Source: an uncultured Gemmatimonadales bacterium
GTDB taxonomy: Bacteria; Gemmatimonadota; Gemmatimonadetes; Gemmatimonadales; Gemmatimonadaceae
Reading direction: 5' to 3'
Assembly: GCA_963701965.1 (NCBI GenBank)
Contig: OY969695.1
Location: 1,216,001 to 1,280,000 of the forward strand
DNA: 64,000 nucleotides
Position numbers and translations under genes: made by a program. The notes under the pieces were generated by a model that did no database searches, was not told the DNA's origin, and worked only from the letters and a program-made list of their open reading frames with translations. This document shows, one piece after another, positions 38,875 to 48,829 of this stretch (the first letter of the stretch is position 1; each line of letters opens with the position of its first letter).

Positions 38875-39638
38875 ACCTCGTTGAACTCGATCACGCGCTC
38901 CGCCAACTCCGCCTCTCTGGCATGGCTGCGGTTCTCGAGACCCGGCTGCACCAAGCCCAGACCGAACGCCTCGCGCCCATCGACCTGCTCTCGGCCCTGG
39001 TCAGCGACGAACTCCTCCGCCGCCAGGATCGCCTCCTCGAGCGCCGGCACAAGCACGCCCGCTTCCGCGATCCCGACCGCTCGCTCGACACCTTCGACTT
39101 CGACTTCAACAAGAAGATGAACCGCGCCCTCGTCTACGACCTCGCCACCGCCCGCTTCGTCGCCCAGCGGGAGGACGCCCTGTTCGTCGGGCCACCCGGC
39201 AGCGGGAAAAGCCATCTCGCGCAAGCGATCGGCCGCGCCGTCATCCATCAAGGCTACCGCGTGCTCTATCGCGAGGCCCACACGCTGCTCGAAGAACTGG
39301 CGGACGCCACGCTCGACGGCACGCGCAAAGCGTACCTCGCCGAACTCGCCGCCGTGCCGCTCCTCATCATCGACGATCTCGGCATGCGCAAGCTCCCCCA
39401 CACGGCGGCTGAAGATCTCCTGGAACTCATCATGCGCCGCTACGAACGGGCGTCCACACTGCTCACCTCCAATCGCCCGGTCGAGGACTGGGGCAAGCTG
39501 CTCGGCGACACCGCGGCGGTCACCGCGCTCCTCGATCGGCTCCTCCACCACGCCCACATCCTCAAGTGCGGGCCCCGCAGCTGGCGCACCAAGGTCCAGG
39601 GTGACAGCTTGTCCACCGACGCGACCGGGCTGCGCTAA
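38871..39638 (+). CDS. istB: IS21 helper ATPase
   Basis: LRQLRLSGM, FDFDFN, GPPGSGKSHLA, LLIIDDLG, TSNRP..W, ALLDRLLHH. Confidence 0.95.
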   Translation: MNLVELDHALRQLRLSGMAAVLETRLHQAQTERLAPIDLLSALVSDELLRRQDRLLERRHKHARFRDPDRSLDTFDFDFNKKMNRALVYDLATARFVAQREDALFVGPPGSGKSHLAQAIGRAVIHQGYRVLYREAHTLLEELADATLDGTRKAYLAELAAVPLLIIDDLGMRKLPHTAAEDLLELIMRRYERASTLLTSNRPVEDWGKLLGDTAAVTALLDRLLHHAHILKCGPRSWRTKVQGDSLSTDATGLR

Positions 39639-39912
39639 CCCACTCACCAGTCTCGGACGCCCCACCGTGGTGGCCGGTTATCAGCTGTCCATCAGTGGCC
39701 GGTTATGAAGTGTCCACCGAGGTTGACATCGTCGTGGTTACCCCGAAGCAAGTGCAGCGCTACCGCGACCAGGTGGGGACGATTGTCTACCCCGCGCTCC
39801 GGGAGGGGCGCGTGTTATACCGGCGCGCCCACTAGGGAACCCCGACAACGGCCGAGATTGTCGCAATGTGCATTGCGGATGCCGGACGCGTTGGCGCCTT
39901 TAAGACCCTTGT

Positions 39913-40281
39913 ATGAGTGACGCAGACAGCACTGCCATCTTGAGTATTAGAACAACGCGACTTTCGGCAACAATAAGGGCCTTCCTCGACCTATATCCGT
40001 CGGCTGTCGCCAAGGTTGATGGTCGGGTCCAGAGAGCAAGCATCGATACATGGTGCACCAATAGAAACCTTCGCGCCGCCATCGATTTCTCTCTCACGAA
40101 GAACGGCAGTGAACTTCTATGCTTCCACGATGGCCCGTGGAATATGTGGGCGGCTAGGGAGACCTTGCCCTTGCTACAAGCTCTGCAACGGCAGAAGGTG
40201 CTGCGGTTCCGGAGCTACGCGCCGCTCGGCGGTCAGCTTCCTTGTCCCATCCGGGAGACTCGTGGCCGAGATTCACCGTGA
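39913..40281 (+). CDS. Hypothetical protein
   Basis: 122 aa ORF with protein-like composition; no family recognised. Confidence 0.5.
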   Translation: MSDADSTAILSIRTTRLSATIRAFLDLYPSAVAKVDGRVQRASIDTWCTNRNLRAAIDFSLTKNGSELLCFHDGPWNMWAARETLPLLQALQRQKVLRFRSYAPLGGQLPCPIRETRGRDSP

Positions 40282-40379
40282 AGTCTTCTCGATCCTAGCG
40301 CACAGCGCGTCTACGCCTGAATTCAATGTGTCGCCGCGGGACCAACAACAATAACTCAACGACTATGCAGGAAAGTACG

Positions 40380-40856
40380 CTAATAACGCCAACCTTCCTG
40401 TTTTAGTAGCGCCTGAACATTCACATAAGGCACCTTGAAGTGAACGCAAACGTTCGGAATTTTCGCGGCGTTGGGCTTGAGCGCCTCTTCAGTCACAACG
40501 CATGCCCCATCGACCATCGCGCGCGCGATTAGAAACGGGTCTGCGACGGGATTCCCGCGTAGGCGCGCGGTCTTGCCGATCAACTGCTGAAAGTGATCTA
40601 CACCGAGAATTTGGGCGACCGCAGTCATTTCATCTGCTGTAGGCGTGCGAAAGATCTGCGCGTTTCGCTCGACCCAGTCTATGACGTGTTCGCTGGCGTC
40701 CTGAAACTCGATCTCTTTACGTACCTCGCTCACGGAGACAAGTCTACCGTCGGCGACCAGCGCGTCGAGATTGGTCCAGAACGTTGGGAAGATGTCTGGA
40801 TAGTAGTTGCCGAACACGCGGAACGAATTCGTGTCGACCACATAGATCTGGTCCAC
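40380..40856 (-). CDS. PIN-domain protein (DUF4411-like)
   Basis: YVVDTNSF, YYPDIFPTFW, EVRKEI, ADPFLIA.A, VVTEE, KIPNVC. Confidence 0.9.
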   Translation of the reverse strand: MDQIYVVDTNSFRVFGNYYPDIFPTFWTNLDALVADGRLVSVSEVRKEIEFQDASEHVIDWVERNAQIFRTPTADEMTAVAQILGVDHFQQLIGKTARLRGNPVADPFLIARAMVDGACVVTEEALKPNAAKIPNVCVHFKVPYVNVQALLKQEGWRY

Positions 40857-40857
40857 G

Positions 40858-42008
40858 CTAGGCGCGGGTCAGAAGATAGTCCTCCAGCTTCAGGACGTTT
40901 CGCGCCTTCATGTCCAGGTGCTCGGAGAGTTCGGCGAGCGTAACGTTGCCCGCGCGGTACTGGGAAAACGCGAGGTCGAGGAATGGCCGGCCGAGATACG
41001 CTGCACGCGTGGCGTAGTAGTTGCCTCCGCCAGAGTTAAATGCGTCCTCCTCAGCGGCCTTGTTCCATTTTTGCCGCAGCCTGTCGTAGCGCGCCTGTGT
41101 GACGAGTTGCCGATCCAGCAGCCGGCGCAGAACGACTTCACGACTCACGTTGAACTTGTCAGCCACATCGGAGACGTGTCGCTCCAGATCACCTTCTGCT
41201 ACTACTTTCCATTCGACCGCTGTCGACGGTAATAAGATTTCGGCGGCAAAACGATTGCACGCGACTTCGACTGGTTTGTCAAGGCCAATAAAGTGTGCTG
41301 CGTCGGATGCGGTAACACTATTGATTCCATACAACAAATGCGCCAGCTCGTGAAGCATCGTGAAGATCTGCCGAGTGAACGCGGTGCTGTTGTTGACCAC
41401 AATGATCGGAAATGTCGGGTCGTCTAGTGAGAATCCCGAGATTTCGCGTTGTTTGAACGAGCGCTTGAACACGAAGATTCCCGCGCCCTGTATAGCTTCG
41501 CGCCAGCCATTCGCGGCTTCGCGGTCGCCCTTCCAATCCTGCTGCACGTGCAGCGTCACGCCCAGGACCGCTCGGACCGCAGCGGCGAGCTTAGCGATGT
41601 TGTGGGTAAATTTGGGATGGATCTCTTGGGTGATCGGATGGGTAACGGGATTGCGGCCACCCGTGAGCTCACGGAGCGACTGTTGATACGCGTGAGCATC
41701 GCGAATGGCGAATCGCGTGTCGTTTGCCAGTGCATCGAGGTCCGCATCGGGCAGGGATCGGAACTCGTGCTTGATGGGTGGTTCGTCCGGCGGACTCGGT
41801 AAGAAAAAAGAGCGACCGGCCGGTGGTAGATGCGCTCGGCGAGAGTTTCGAGCTGCTTGAATGTCGGCGCTTGTTGCCCTGCTTCCCAGGCAGCGAGTAT
41901 GTCAGAGGGTTTGCCGAGTGCTTCCGCCGCTGCCTCGACCGATAGGCCGGAGCGCTCACGTGCCCAGATCAGCAGTGCCGGCGTGATGGCGGTGGCACGG
42001 TCGGACAT
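40858..42008 (-). CDS. HTH plus ImmA/IrrE (M78) metallopeptidase, frameshift at A6 run 41804-41809
   Basis: LLIWARERSG...WEAG...PTFKQLE.LA..YHRPVA.FFLP; ISGFSL, RQIFTMLHELAH, EVACNRFAAEILLP. Confidence 0.88.
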
Positions 42009-42169
42009 GCTCTAAAACATAATGGCGGCTGCGTCGAGTCCGCACGCTCCTGGCAGATCGGGAGATTCATCGATCGCCAGGCAGCGGGGGGCACCGTTGC
42101 CACATGGTCGATATCCGCTGGAGCTGTGACCGCAAACGCCAGCACGCCTACCTCTGAGCGACGCTCCTC

Positions 42170-42308
42170 GGCTCCAGACTGGCTTGACCGCTACAACACC
42201 CAGCGACCGCACGACATCCTCGGTTACGTGCCGCCGTTCACCTATCGACCGACACCCACTGCACTCGGCGTCCATTTCGAAACGGTGAGCTTGATGGGGG
42301 AGCTTACC
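42170..42308 (+). mobile_element. IS3-family remnant (transposase C-terminus and end)
   Basis: WLDRYNTQRPHDILGYVPP followed by TTGATGGGGGAGCTTAC end-like sequence. Confidence 0.6.
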
Positions 42309-42341
42309 CGTCATGAAAGTTCACCTCGATAGCTTTCCACC

Positions 42342-42929
42342 ATGACCAACCCCAAACCCGCCGACCTGCCCGTGCGCCTGTTCAAGGATGACGCGGCATG
42401 GGAAGCGTGGCTCGCCAAGCAGCACGCCAAGTCCGCCGGCCTGTGGCTGCGGCTCGCCAAGGCAGCGTCGAACGTCAAATCGGTGTCGTACGCCGAGGCG
42501 CTCGACGTCGCGCTCTGCTACGGCTGGATCGACGGGCAAAAGAAGACGTTCGACGACGCGACCTGGCTCCAGAAGTTCACGCCGCGCGGCAAGCGGAGCA
42601 TCTGGTCGAAGATCAACCGCGAGAGAGTGCAGCGTCTCGTCGAGAGCGGCCGCATGCAGTCACCCGGCCTCGAGGCTGTGGACCGCGCGCAGGCGAACGA
42701 TCAGTGGGACTCCGCGTACGACTCGCATCGAACCGCCGGCGTGCCGGACGACCTTCAGCGCGCGCTCGACGAACACCCGAAAGCGAAGGCGTTTTTCGCG
42801 ACCCTGAACAGCGCGAACCGGTACGCCATCCTGTTCCGGATCCAGACGGTGAAAAGAGCCGAGACGCGCGCGAAGAAAATCGCGCAGTTCGTCGGCATGT
42901 TGGAGCGGCACGAAGTGATCCACTCGTAG
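42342..42929 (+). CDS. YdeI/OmpD-associated family protein
   Basis: WEAWL, ALCYGWIDG, FTPR..SIWSKIN, PDDL..AL, KRAETRAKKI. Confidence 0.92.
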   Translation: MTNPKPADLPVRLFKDDAAWEAWLAKQHAKSAGLWLRLAKAASNVKSVSYAEALDVALCYGWIDGQKKTFDDATWLQKFTPRGKRSIWSKINRERVQRLVESGRMQSPGLEAVDRAQANDQWDSAYDSHRTAGVPDDLQRALDEHPKAKAFFATLNSANRYAILFRIQTVKRAETRAKKIAQFVGMLERHEVIHS

Positions 42930-42989
42930 CAATCAATGGCTGAGCCCGTTGGTGTCAAGCGATGCCAAAGGTGCCCTGGAAGGCAGACG

Positions 42990-43039
42990 CGCCTGATAAG
43001 CGTGAGGTCGGTAGTTCAACTCTACCCAGGCCCACTACT
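42990..43039 (+). repeat. attR, duplicated tRNA-Ile 3' half
   Basis: Identical to 27763-27812; followed by a hairpin at 43055-43076. Confidence 0.95.
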
Positions 43040-43156
43040 CTAAACATCGAGCCTCGTGCGGTCTCCGGACCGCGCGGAGTATTTCGTTGGAGCTCGGCGT
43101 GGATACGCGTCGAGCCGCGTTGACCGGAGCCGGGCGGCCCGTCAGGTTGTCAGGCT

Positions 43157-44758
43157 ATGATGACCCTCGTCCCCGTAGCGCTCGCGCTCGCGATCTCGGC
43201 GCAGCCGCCGGACTCCACCCTCCGGCACATTTGGACCATCGGTATGGACAGCTCGCGCACTGAGCAACTGTCGCATACCCTGTTCGATTCCATTGGGCCG
43301 CGCCTCACCGGGACCCCGGACTTGAAGCGGGCCAACGATTGGTTGGTACGCACCTACCGATCGTTCGGCATCGATGCCAAGAACGAGCAATATGGCACGT
43401 GGCGTGGGTGGCGACGCGGCTACTCGCACATCGACCTGATCGCGCCGCGGGTCCGGTCGCTCGAAGGGACAATGTTGGGATACAGCCCCGGCACGAACAA
43501 GAAAGACCTGACGGCGACGACCGTCATTCTGCCCCGATTCGCCGACAGCACGGCGTTCGTCGCCTGGCTCCCCAATGCCAAGGGCAAGTTCGTGCTCGTC
43601 GCGGGCGCGCAGCCGACGTGCCGCCCGACCGAGGACTGGGAGCAGAACGCCACCCCCGCATCCAAGGTGCGGATGGACAGTCTCCGCGACAGCGTTCGCC
43701 GGGAGTGGGGTGGCAAGAACGTGCGCGGCACCGGGTACAGCCTCGCGATCGGAACGGGTGAGCTGGGCCTCAGGCTCGAGGCGGGCGGGGTCGCCGGCAT
43801 CATCACGTCCCGCCCGAAGAACGGGTGGGGAACGATCGAGATCTTCGAGACCTACGACACCCGCGCCCCAGCGATCGCGCTATCGTGCGAGGACTATGGC
43901 CTGCTCTACCGGCTGACGGCCAGCGGCGTCGAGCCCAAGCTGCGTCTCAACCTCGACGCGGAGCTCATGGGCGAGCAGCCGGTGTTCAATACGGTCGCCA
44001 TGGTCCGCGGGAGCGAAAAGCCCGACGAATATGTGGTGCTGTCGGCGCACTTCGATTCGTGGGATGGCTCCTCCGGCGCGACCGACAACGGCACCGGAAC
44101 GGTCACCATGCTGGAGGCGATGCGGATCCTGCGGAAGGTCTATCCGCACCCGAAACGGACCATCATCGCCGGGCACTGGAGCGGCGAGGAGGAGGGCGAA
44201 GTCGGGTCGAAGGCGTTCAGCGAAGATCACCCGGAGATCGTTCGGGGACTCCAGGCGCTGTTCAACCAGGACAACGGCACCGGACGCATCGTGCGGCTCA
44301 ATGCGGGCGGGTTGCCCAACGCGGCGGAGCACATCACCCGGTGGCTGGCGGCCATTCCGCCCGAGCTCACGAGCCAGGTCAATTTTCCTGGGCCGGGGTT
44401 GCCGGCCGGTGGGGGCAGTGATGACTTCTCCTTCGCGTGCTACGGCGCGCCGGCCTTTGGGCTGGGAGCCCTGCCCTGGGACTACGGGAACTACACCTGG
44501 CACACGAATCGCGACACCTACGACAAAATTGTCTTCGACGACCTCAAGTCGAACGCGACACTGACCGCGATGTTGGCGTACCTGGCCTCCGAGGATCCGA
44601 CGCTGATCACGCGCGAGCGCATCGATCTCGCGGCCGCCGCCGCGGCGGCCCAAGCCGCCCCAGGGAGCGGCGCTACTGGCGCGCGGCAACGTCCCATCCC
44701 GACGACCTGGCCGGTGTGCGCGAAGGCGCCGCGGACCACCAGCCCACGACTCAAGTAA
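43157..44758 (+). CDS. M28-family secreted metallopeptidase
   Basis: IGPRLTGT, LSAHFDSWD, GATDNGTG, WSGEEEG, NQDNG, GGSDD, WHTNRDTYD. Confidence 0.92.
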   Translation: MMTLVPVALALAISAQPPDSTLRHIWTIGMDSSRTEQLSHTLFDSIGPRLTGTPDLKRANDWLVRTYRSFGIDAKNEQYGTWRGWRRGYSHIDLIAPRVRSLEGTMLGYSPGTNKKDLTATTVILPRFADSTAFVAWLPNAKGKFVLVAGAQPTCRPTEDWEQNATPASKVRMDSLRDSVRREWGGKNVRGTGYSLAIGTGELGLRLEAGGVAGIITSRPKNGWGTIEIFETYDTRAPAIALSCEDYGLLYRLTASGVEPKLRLNLDAELMGEQPVFNTVAMVRGSEKPDEYVVLSAHFDSWDGSSGATDNGTGTVTMLEAMRILRKVYPHPKRTIIAGHWSGEEEGEVGSKAFSEDHPEIVRGLQALFNQDNGTGRIVRLNAGGLPNAAEHITRWLAAIPPELTSQVNFPGPGLPAGGGSDDFSFACYGAPAFGLGALPWDYGNYTWHTNRDTYDKIVFDDLKSNATLTAMLAYLASEDPTLITRERIDLAAAAAAAQAAPGSGATGARQRPIPTTWPVCAKAPRTTSPRLK

Positions 44759-44844
44759 GCAGCGCGGCGACACCACGACGCGTAGTACTAGCGACGACCT
44801 GAATGAATTTTCGCGTCTTTACACGCAACCCGAACCTGATTTTC

Positions 44845-45601
44845 ATGCGAATCGTACGAGTGTTGTGCTTGGCGTTTGTCGGCGGAGCGGCGATGTCGGC
44901 CCGTATGGCCGGAGCCCAAGACATCCATGACGTGGTGATCCGCCTGCACCGGTCGGGTGACACCGCGTCTGTCCGGGGCGCGGTCGTCACGCTCGATCAC
45001 GACCTCGAGGCGGGCAACACCGATTCCGCTGGCATCGTGCGGGTGCCCGATCTGGACGATGGTGGGCACATCATCGAGGTGGTCGCGCACGGCTACCAGT
45101 CGTATTGAGTACAATTTCAACACCGGGCCGAACATCAAGCAGCCCATCCAGCTCGAGCTCATCCCCATTCTGGCGTCGGACACGGCGAAGGCCAAGGGAC
45201 AAAAGACGGACCTCACGCTCGCGGGGTTCGACGCTCGGCGAACGAAGGGACAAGGCAAGTTCTTCACCCGCGCGCAGCTCGATGCGGCCACCGGACGCCC
45301 GCTGGCGAATGTGCTCAACGTGGATGCGGGAGCGTTTATCGTTCCGGGACCACACGGAGAGTCCTTGCTCGCCATGCGGTCGTCGGGGAGCGCGTCCTCA
45401 CGCTGCTACGCTGCGGTGGTGCGCGACGGCGTTCGGGTCTATCCGTATGCCGGCGCCCAGCCGCCCAACCTCGACAAGATCTTCCCCGAGGATCTCGCCG
45501 GGATCGAGTTCTACGCGCAGTCCGCGACGGTGCCCTCCGAGCTTCACGATGCCGCGACCTGCGGGGCACTCGTGCTCTGGAGCCGTAACGGGTCCCACTA
45601 A
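44845..45601 (+). CDS. Secreted carboxypeptidase-regulatory-like plus plug-like domain protein, frameshift near 45105
   Basis: Signal peptide, TDSAG..., HGY; second frame GFDARR..GQGKFFTR...CYAAVVRDG...GIEFY...CGALVLWSR. Confidence 0.7.
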
Positions 45602-45622
45602 CCGACCTACCGCCGAGTACAC

Positions 45623-45662
45623 AAACGAAAGGCGCCCGGAGAACCGGACGCCTTTCGTTTTT
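45623..45662. terminator. Bidirectional terminator
   Basis: AAACGAAAGGCG-CCCGG...CCGGA-CGCCTTTCGTTTTT between convergent genes. Confidence 0.8.
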
Positions 45663-45681
45663 CCGCTGCGTGCCGCCCGCG

Positions 45682-47574
45682 TTACTTCGATGCCACCGCC
45701 AACTGCTTGATCGCGCCGGACATCATGCGCACGCGCGCCGCGTCTTTGGCCCCGCTCGCGTCGGCGTCCACCTGCTTCGTCGAGCGCGGTGAGCGCCGCG
45801 GCACGCGCCGCACCGCTCTTCTTCTCCGCGGCGTCGAGCGCGGCCGAAATCGCCGAGGTGCGATCGGAGGAGAGACCTTCGTTGCGCACGAACTGGTCGA
45901 GGTACGAGCGCACCACGACGAACGCCGCTGGCCAGACGAGCTTCGGCTGGCTCTGCGGGTTGTACTCCTTCATCGTCACCAGCTTTGCCGCGGCGATCTC
46001 GTTCGCCGAGAGCTGCGCGCTCGGCGTGAGCTCCATAGACGTCGAACCCGCGGTCGAGCTCCGACGAGTAGATATAGCCGTTCCAGTAGTACGCGCCCCA
46101 TGATCCGCCGATCGTGTAGCGTGAGCGCGAATTCGCGTTCGTCGTATCGTTTGGCGGGTCGATCGGACCGCGATCGAAGTACGCGATCTCGGACGGATGG
46201 TTCGCGTCCGTGAAGTCCATGATGTCGACGCCACCTTGGTACCAGCCCTGCACGTAGAGGTCGCGCCCCGGCACCGGGACGAGGCCCCCGTTGTGCGAGA
46301 CGCAGTTCTCCTGCGCAGTTTGCGCGTCGGGAAGCTTGAAGTAGGCGTTCTGGGTCAGCTTCTTGTTGTCCGCGCTGGAGGTGACGATCGTGTTGCCGCC
46401 CAGCTCCATGATGCTGCCGGCCTGGCACATCGGGCCCGTGCCACCGCCCCACTCATCGGTCCAAGGGTCTTCTTGCCATCGTTGCTGAACCCGGCGGTGT
46501 GCCGGCCCTGGAAATTGTTGGTGTCGGTAATGGCGGACAGCCGCACCGGCTTCTCCGGGTTCGAGATATCGACCATGATGGCATGGCTCGAGCATGCGGC
46601 GGCGAGCAGGTGCAGCGCCGGGTACGCGGTCACGTCGTGGCAGTTGTGCGGGCCCGAGTGCTGCAACGGTCGGCATAGACCGCCGAGTCGGGACCACCAC
46701 GTACGCGGCCACCCCGCTGGACGGTTGGGATCCGTCGGGAGCGCAGAGCGTGGCGCACGCCGGGGCCACATCGAGGCCAGTGAAGATCCGCGCGCCCGGG
46801 ATCACTTCGGCCCGCTCGGGGTGATCGAGCGGCACCTTGATGATGTCGAGCTGATACAGCGAGTTCGTGGGGTCCGCGGGGTCAGTGCCGTTTTTACACC
46901 CGGCCATTTCCGTGGTCCGGCCGCGCGGCCTGCTGTCCCGAGACGTAGATATAGATGATGTTCTTATCCGTCGGGCTCGGGATGACGGTGTGCGTGTGTG
47001 AGCCTTTGCAGGTCTGCACGTTCTTGATCAGCTTCGGCGCGTGCTCGGTTAGAGACGTCGATAGATGCGCACGCCCGCCATGTGGTCCTTGGGGTCCTGC
47101 ACGCCGCCCTTGCCGCAGTCATTGCGATTGCCCGCGCCCTCGGCGGAGACGAACAGCAGGTTGCCGACGATCGACGGGTCGCCTTGCGACGTGATGCACT
47201 CCACGACCGACGCGACGACCGGCTTGGCCGGGTTGGCCACGTCCCACACCGTGAACCCGGCGAAATTGCCCTGGTACGCGTAGTGGTTGTTGCCGAACGC
47301 CAAGTCGGAGTTGATGAACGTCAGGCCGCGCGCCGTGTCGAACTGCGCGCGGCTTGGGCGAGAACGACACGAGGCGCATGTTGCTCTCCGCCTCTCCGGC
47401 GTCGAACCGGCCCGGCTTGAGGGTGCTCCGCGGATCGGTGGCGCTCGGATAGGTCTGTGCCGACACGAGCGCCGGCGCGACGAGGGTCGCAACGAGGCCT
47501 ATCAGCTTGCATCGAACTGCGCATCGGGACGGACTCCGGTGGCTGGGGTGATACGGGCGACTACGGCAGTTCAC
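45682..47574 (-). CDS. LVIVD-repeat secreted protein, multiple frameshifts
   Basis: Segments across frames: INSDLAF, SQGDPSIVGNLLF, VQTCKGSHTHT, CHDVT.YP, TDEWGGG, ENCVSHNG, QGWYQGG, AYFDRGP. Confidence 0.8.
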
Positions 47575-48195
47575 TTCGCGGGCAGCTGCGTGAATACAAC
47601 TTCTGCATGATGCCGATCTCGACGGTTTGCATCGTGACGACGTCGTTCGCGAACACGTTGACGTCGACTTCCTGTCCGGCGACCGGGGCGTTGAAAAGGT
47701 CGTCGCACCATCTTCAGCGCGCCGGCGTGGTGCTGGATCATCAGGCGGAGGTACGCGCGGTCGAAGTCGACCCCCTTGGCCGCTTCGAGCTCGGTGAGTT
47801 GAGCGGGCGTCAGCATGCCCGACATCATCACGTGGTGCCAGGACGCCGTGTCGGGCGCGAACTGGTTGTTGCGCCGGAGCCAGGCCTGCATGATCCGAAT
47901 CTCCGGCACCTGCGACTGATCGATCTTGTTCGAGAGCTTCAGCACTTGTGGATTGGCGCCGTGCGACTCCGCCAGCCGGGACATGACGATCGCCTGCGCG
48001 TGGTGCGCGATCATGCCCTGCATGAACTCGACGTCGGCCTTGGTGTACAGAGCACCGCTCGGGATCACGATGTCATGCCCCATGTCCATGCCGCTCATTC
48101 CATTCATGCCGCCAGCCTGGCAGAGCGCGAGCGATGGGCCGCCGAGCAACACGGCGGAGAATACGCAGCGCGCCGGCAAAGCGTTTGGTCGTCAT
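47571..48195 (-). CDS. DUF305 protein, frameshifted
   Basis: ADVEFMQGMIAHHAQA, SQVPEI..MQAWL, FDRAYL.LMIQHH.GAL.MV; GGAG RBS before ATG 48195. Confidence 0.85.
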
Positions 48196-48544
48196 GATGA
48201 CTCCTTCAGTCAATGGGCTTGGCAAGGGGGAATAGATACGCGGTATCGGGTTCGCTCACCAGAATGTGGTCACATCGACGGAGCGACTGCTCAAGACCAC
48301 GAAATTTTTTGCAATCGAATTGCGCTGCGTCTCGGCGAATCATCTCTCGAGAAGCTCAATGACGGAGCAGTCTCCTGCCCCTCACGGACCAACGGCCTAC
48401 GTGTTGGTGAACGCCACAGGCATCGGGATCGTTGAGACCGGTCGCGAATTTTCTGACGAACATTTGACTGCCCGCGGGCGTGCTCACCAACCCCTGTCGG
48501 CACGTCGGATCGCGCGGGGAACGCGGTATGCGGCGTTCACTGAT

Positions 48545-48829
48545 ATGGGCGCCAACACGAAAAAGCGGATCGTAATCACCGGCGAAACCGGACTCATTGG
48601 GTCGAAGCTCGCCGTACGTTTACGGGATCACGGCCACGACGCCGTCCCGGCGGCGCCGAACACGGGCCTCAACACCCTCGCTGGGGAGGGATTCGACGAC
48701 GGCGCAATGCCGCTCGCCGAGGGCAGACTCGGTGCCCCGCTGCGCGCGCAAGAACCCGCGCCGGCCAACCTCCTGGCGATGCTCGTGAAGGACAAGGGCG
48801 CTCCGGCGCTGGTGCCCGTCAAGGAATGA
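48545..48829 (+). pseudogene. Remnant: SDR/NmrA N-terminus joined to a cupin-like C-terminus
   Basis: RIVITGETGLIGSKL...HGHDAV.A.PNTG.NTL.GEG, then PANLLAMLVKDKGAPALVPVK; only ~94 aa. Confidence 0.55.

Larger units (their letters stand above)
37221..39722 (+). mobile_element. IS21-family insertion sequence
   Basis: IR CCTCGGTGGACA / TGTCCACCGAGG; subterminal AACCGGCC repeats; flanking direct repeat TTGACA. Confidence 0.92.
37035..39835 (+). pseudogene. Minimal nucleotidyltransferase (MNT) interrupted by IS21
   Basis: LFGSYARG...DSDVDLLVV left of the IS; VDIVVVTP...GTIVYPALREGRVLY right of it; a further 1 nt frameshift just before the insertion. Confidence 0.85.

Noticed and set aside
42990..43039. 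Second tRNA-Ile gene
   Set aside because: Only the 3' half is present; the acceptor 5' strand and D-arm are missing, so it is attR
45682..48195. True pseudogenisation of LVIVD and DUF305 genes
   Set aside because: Motifs remain well conserved across the frames; the indel pattern fits sequencing error better, though this is not proven
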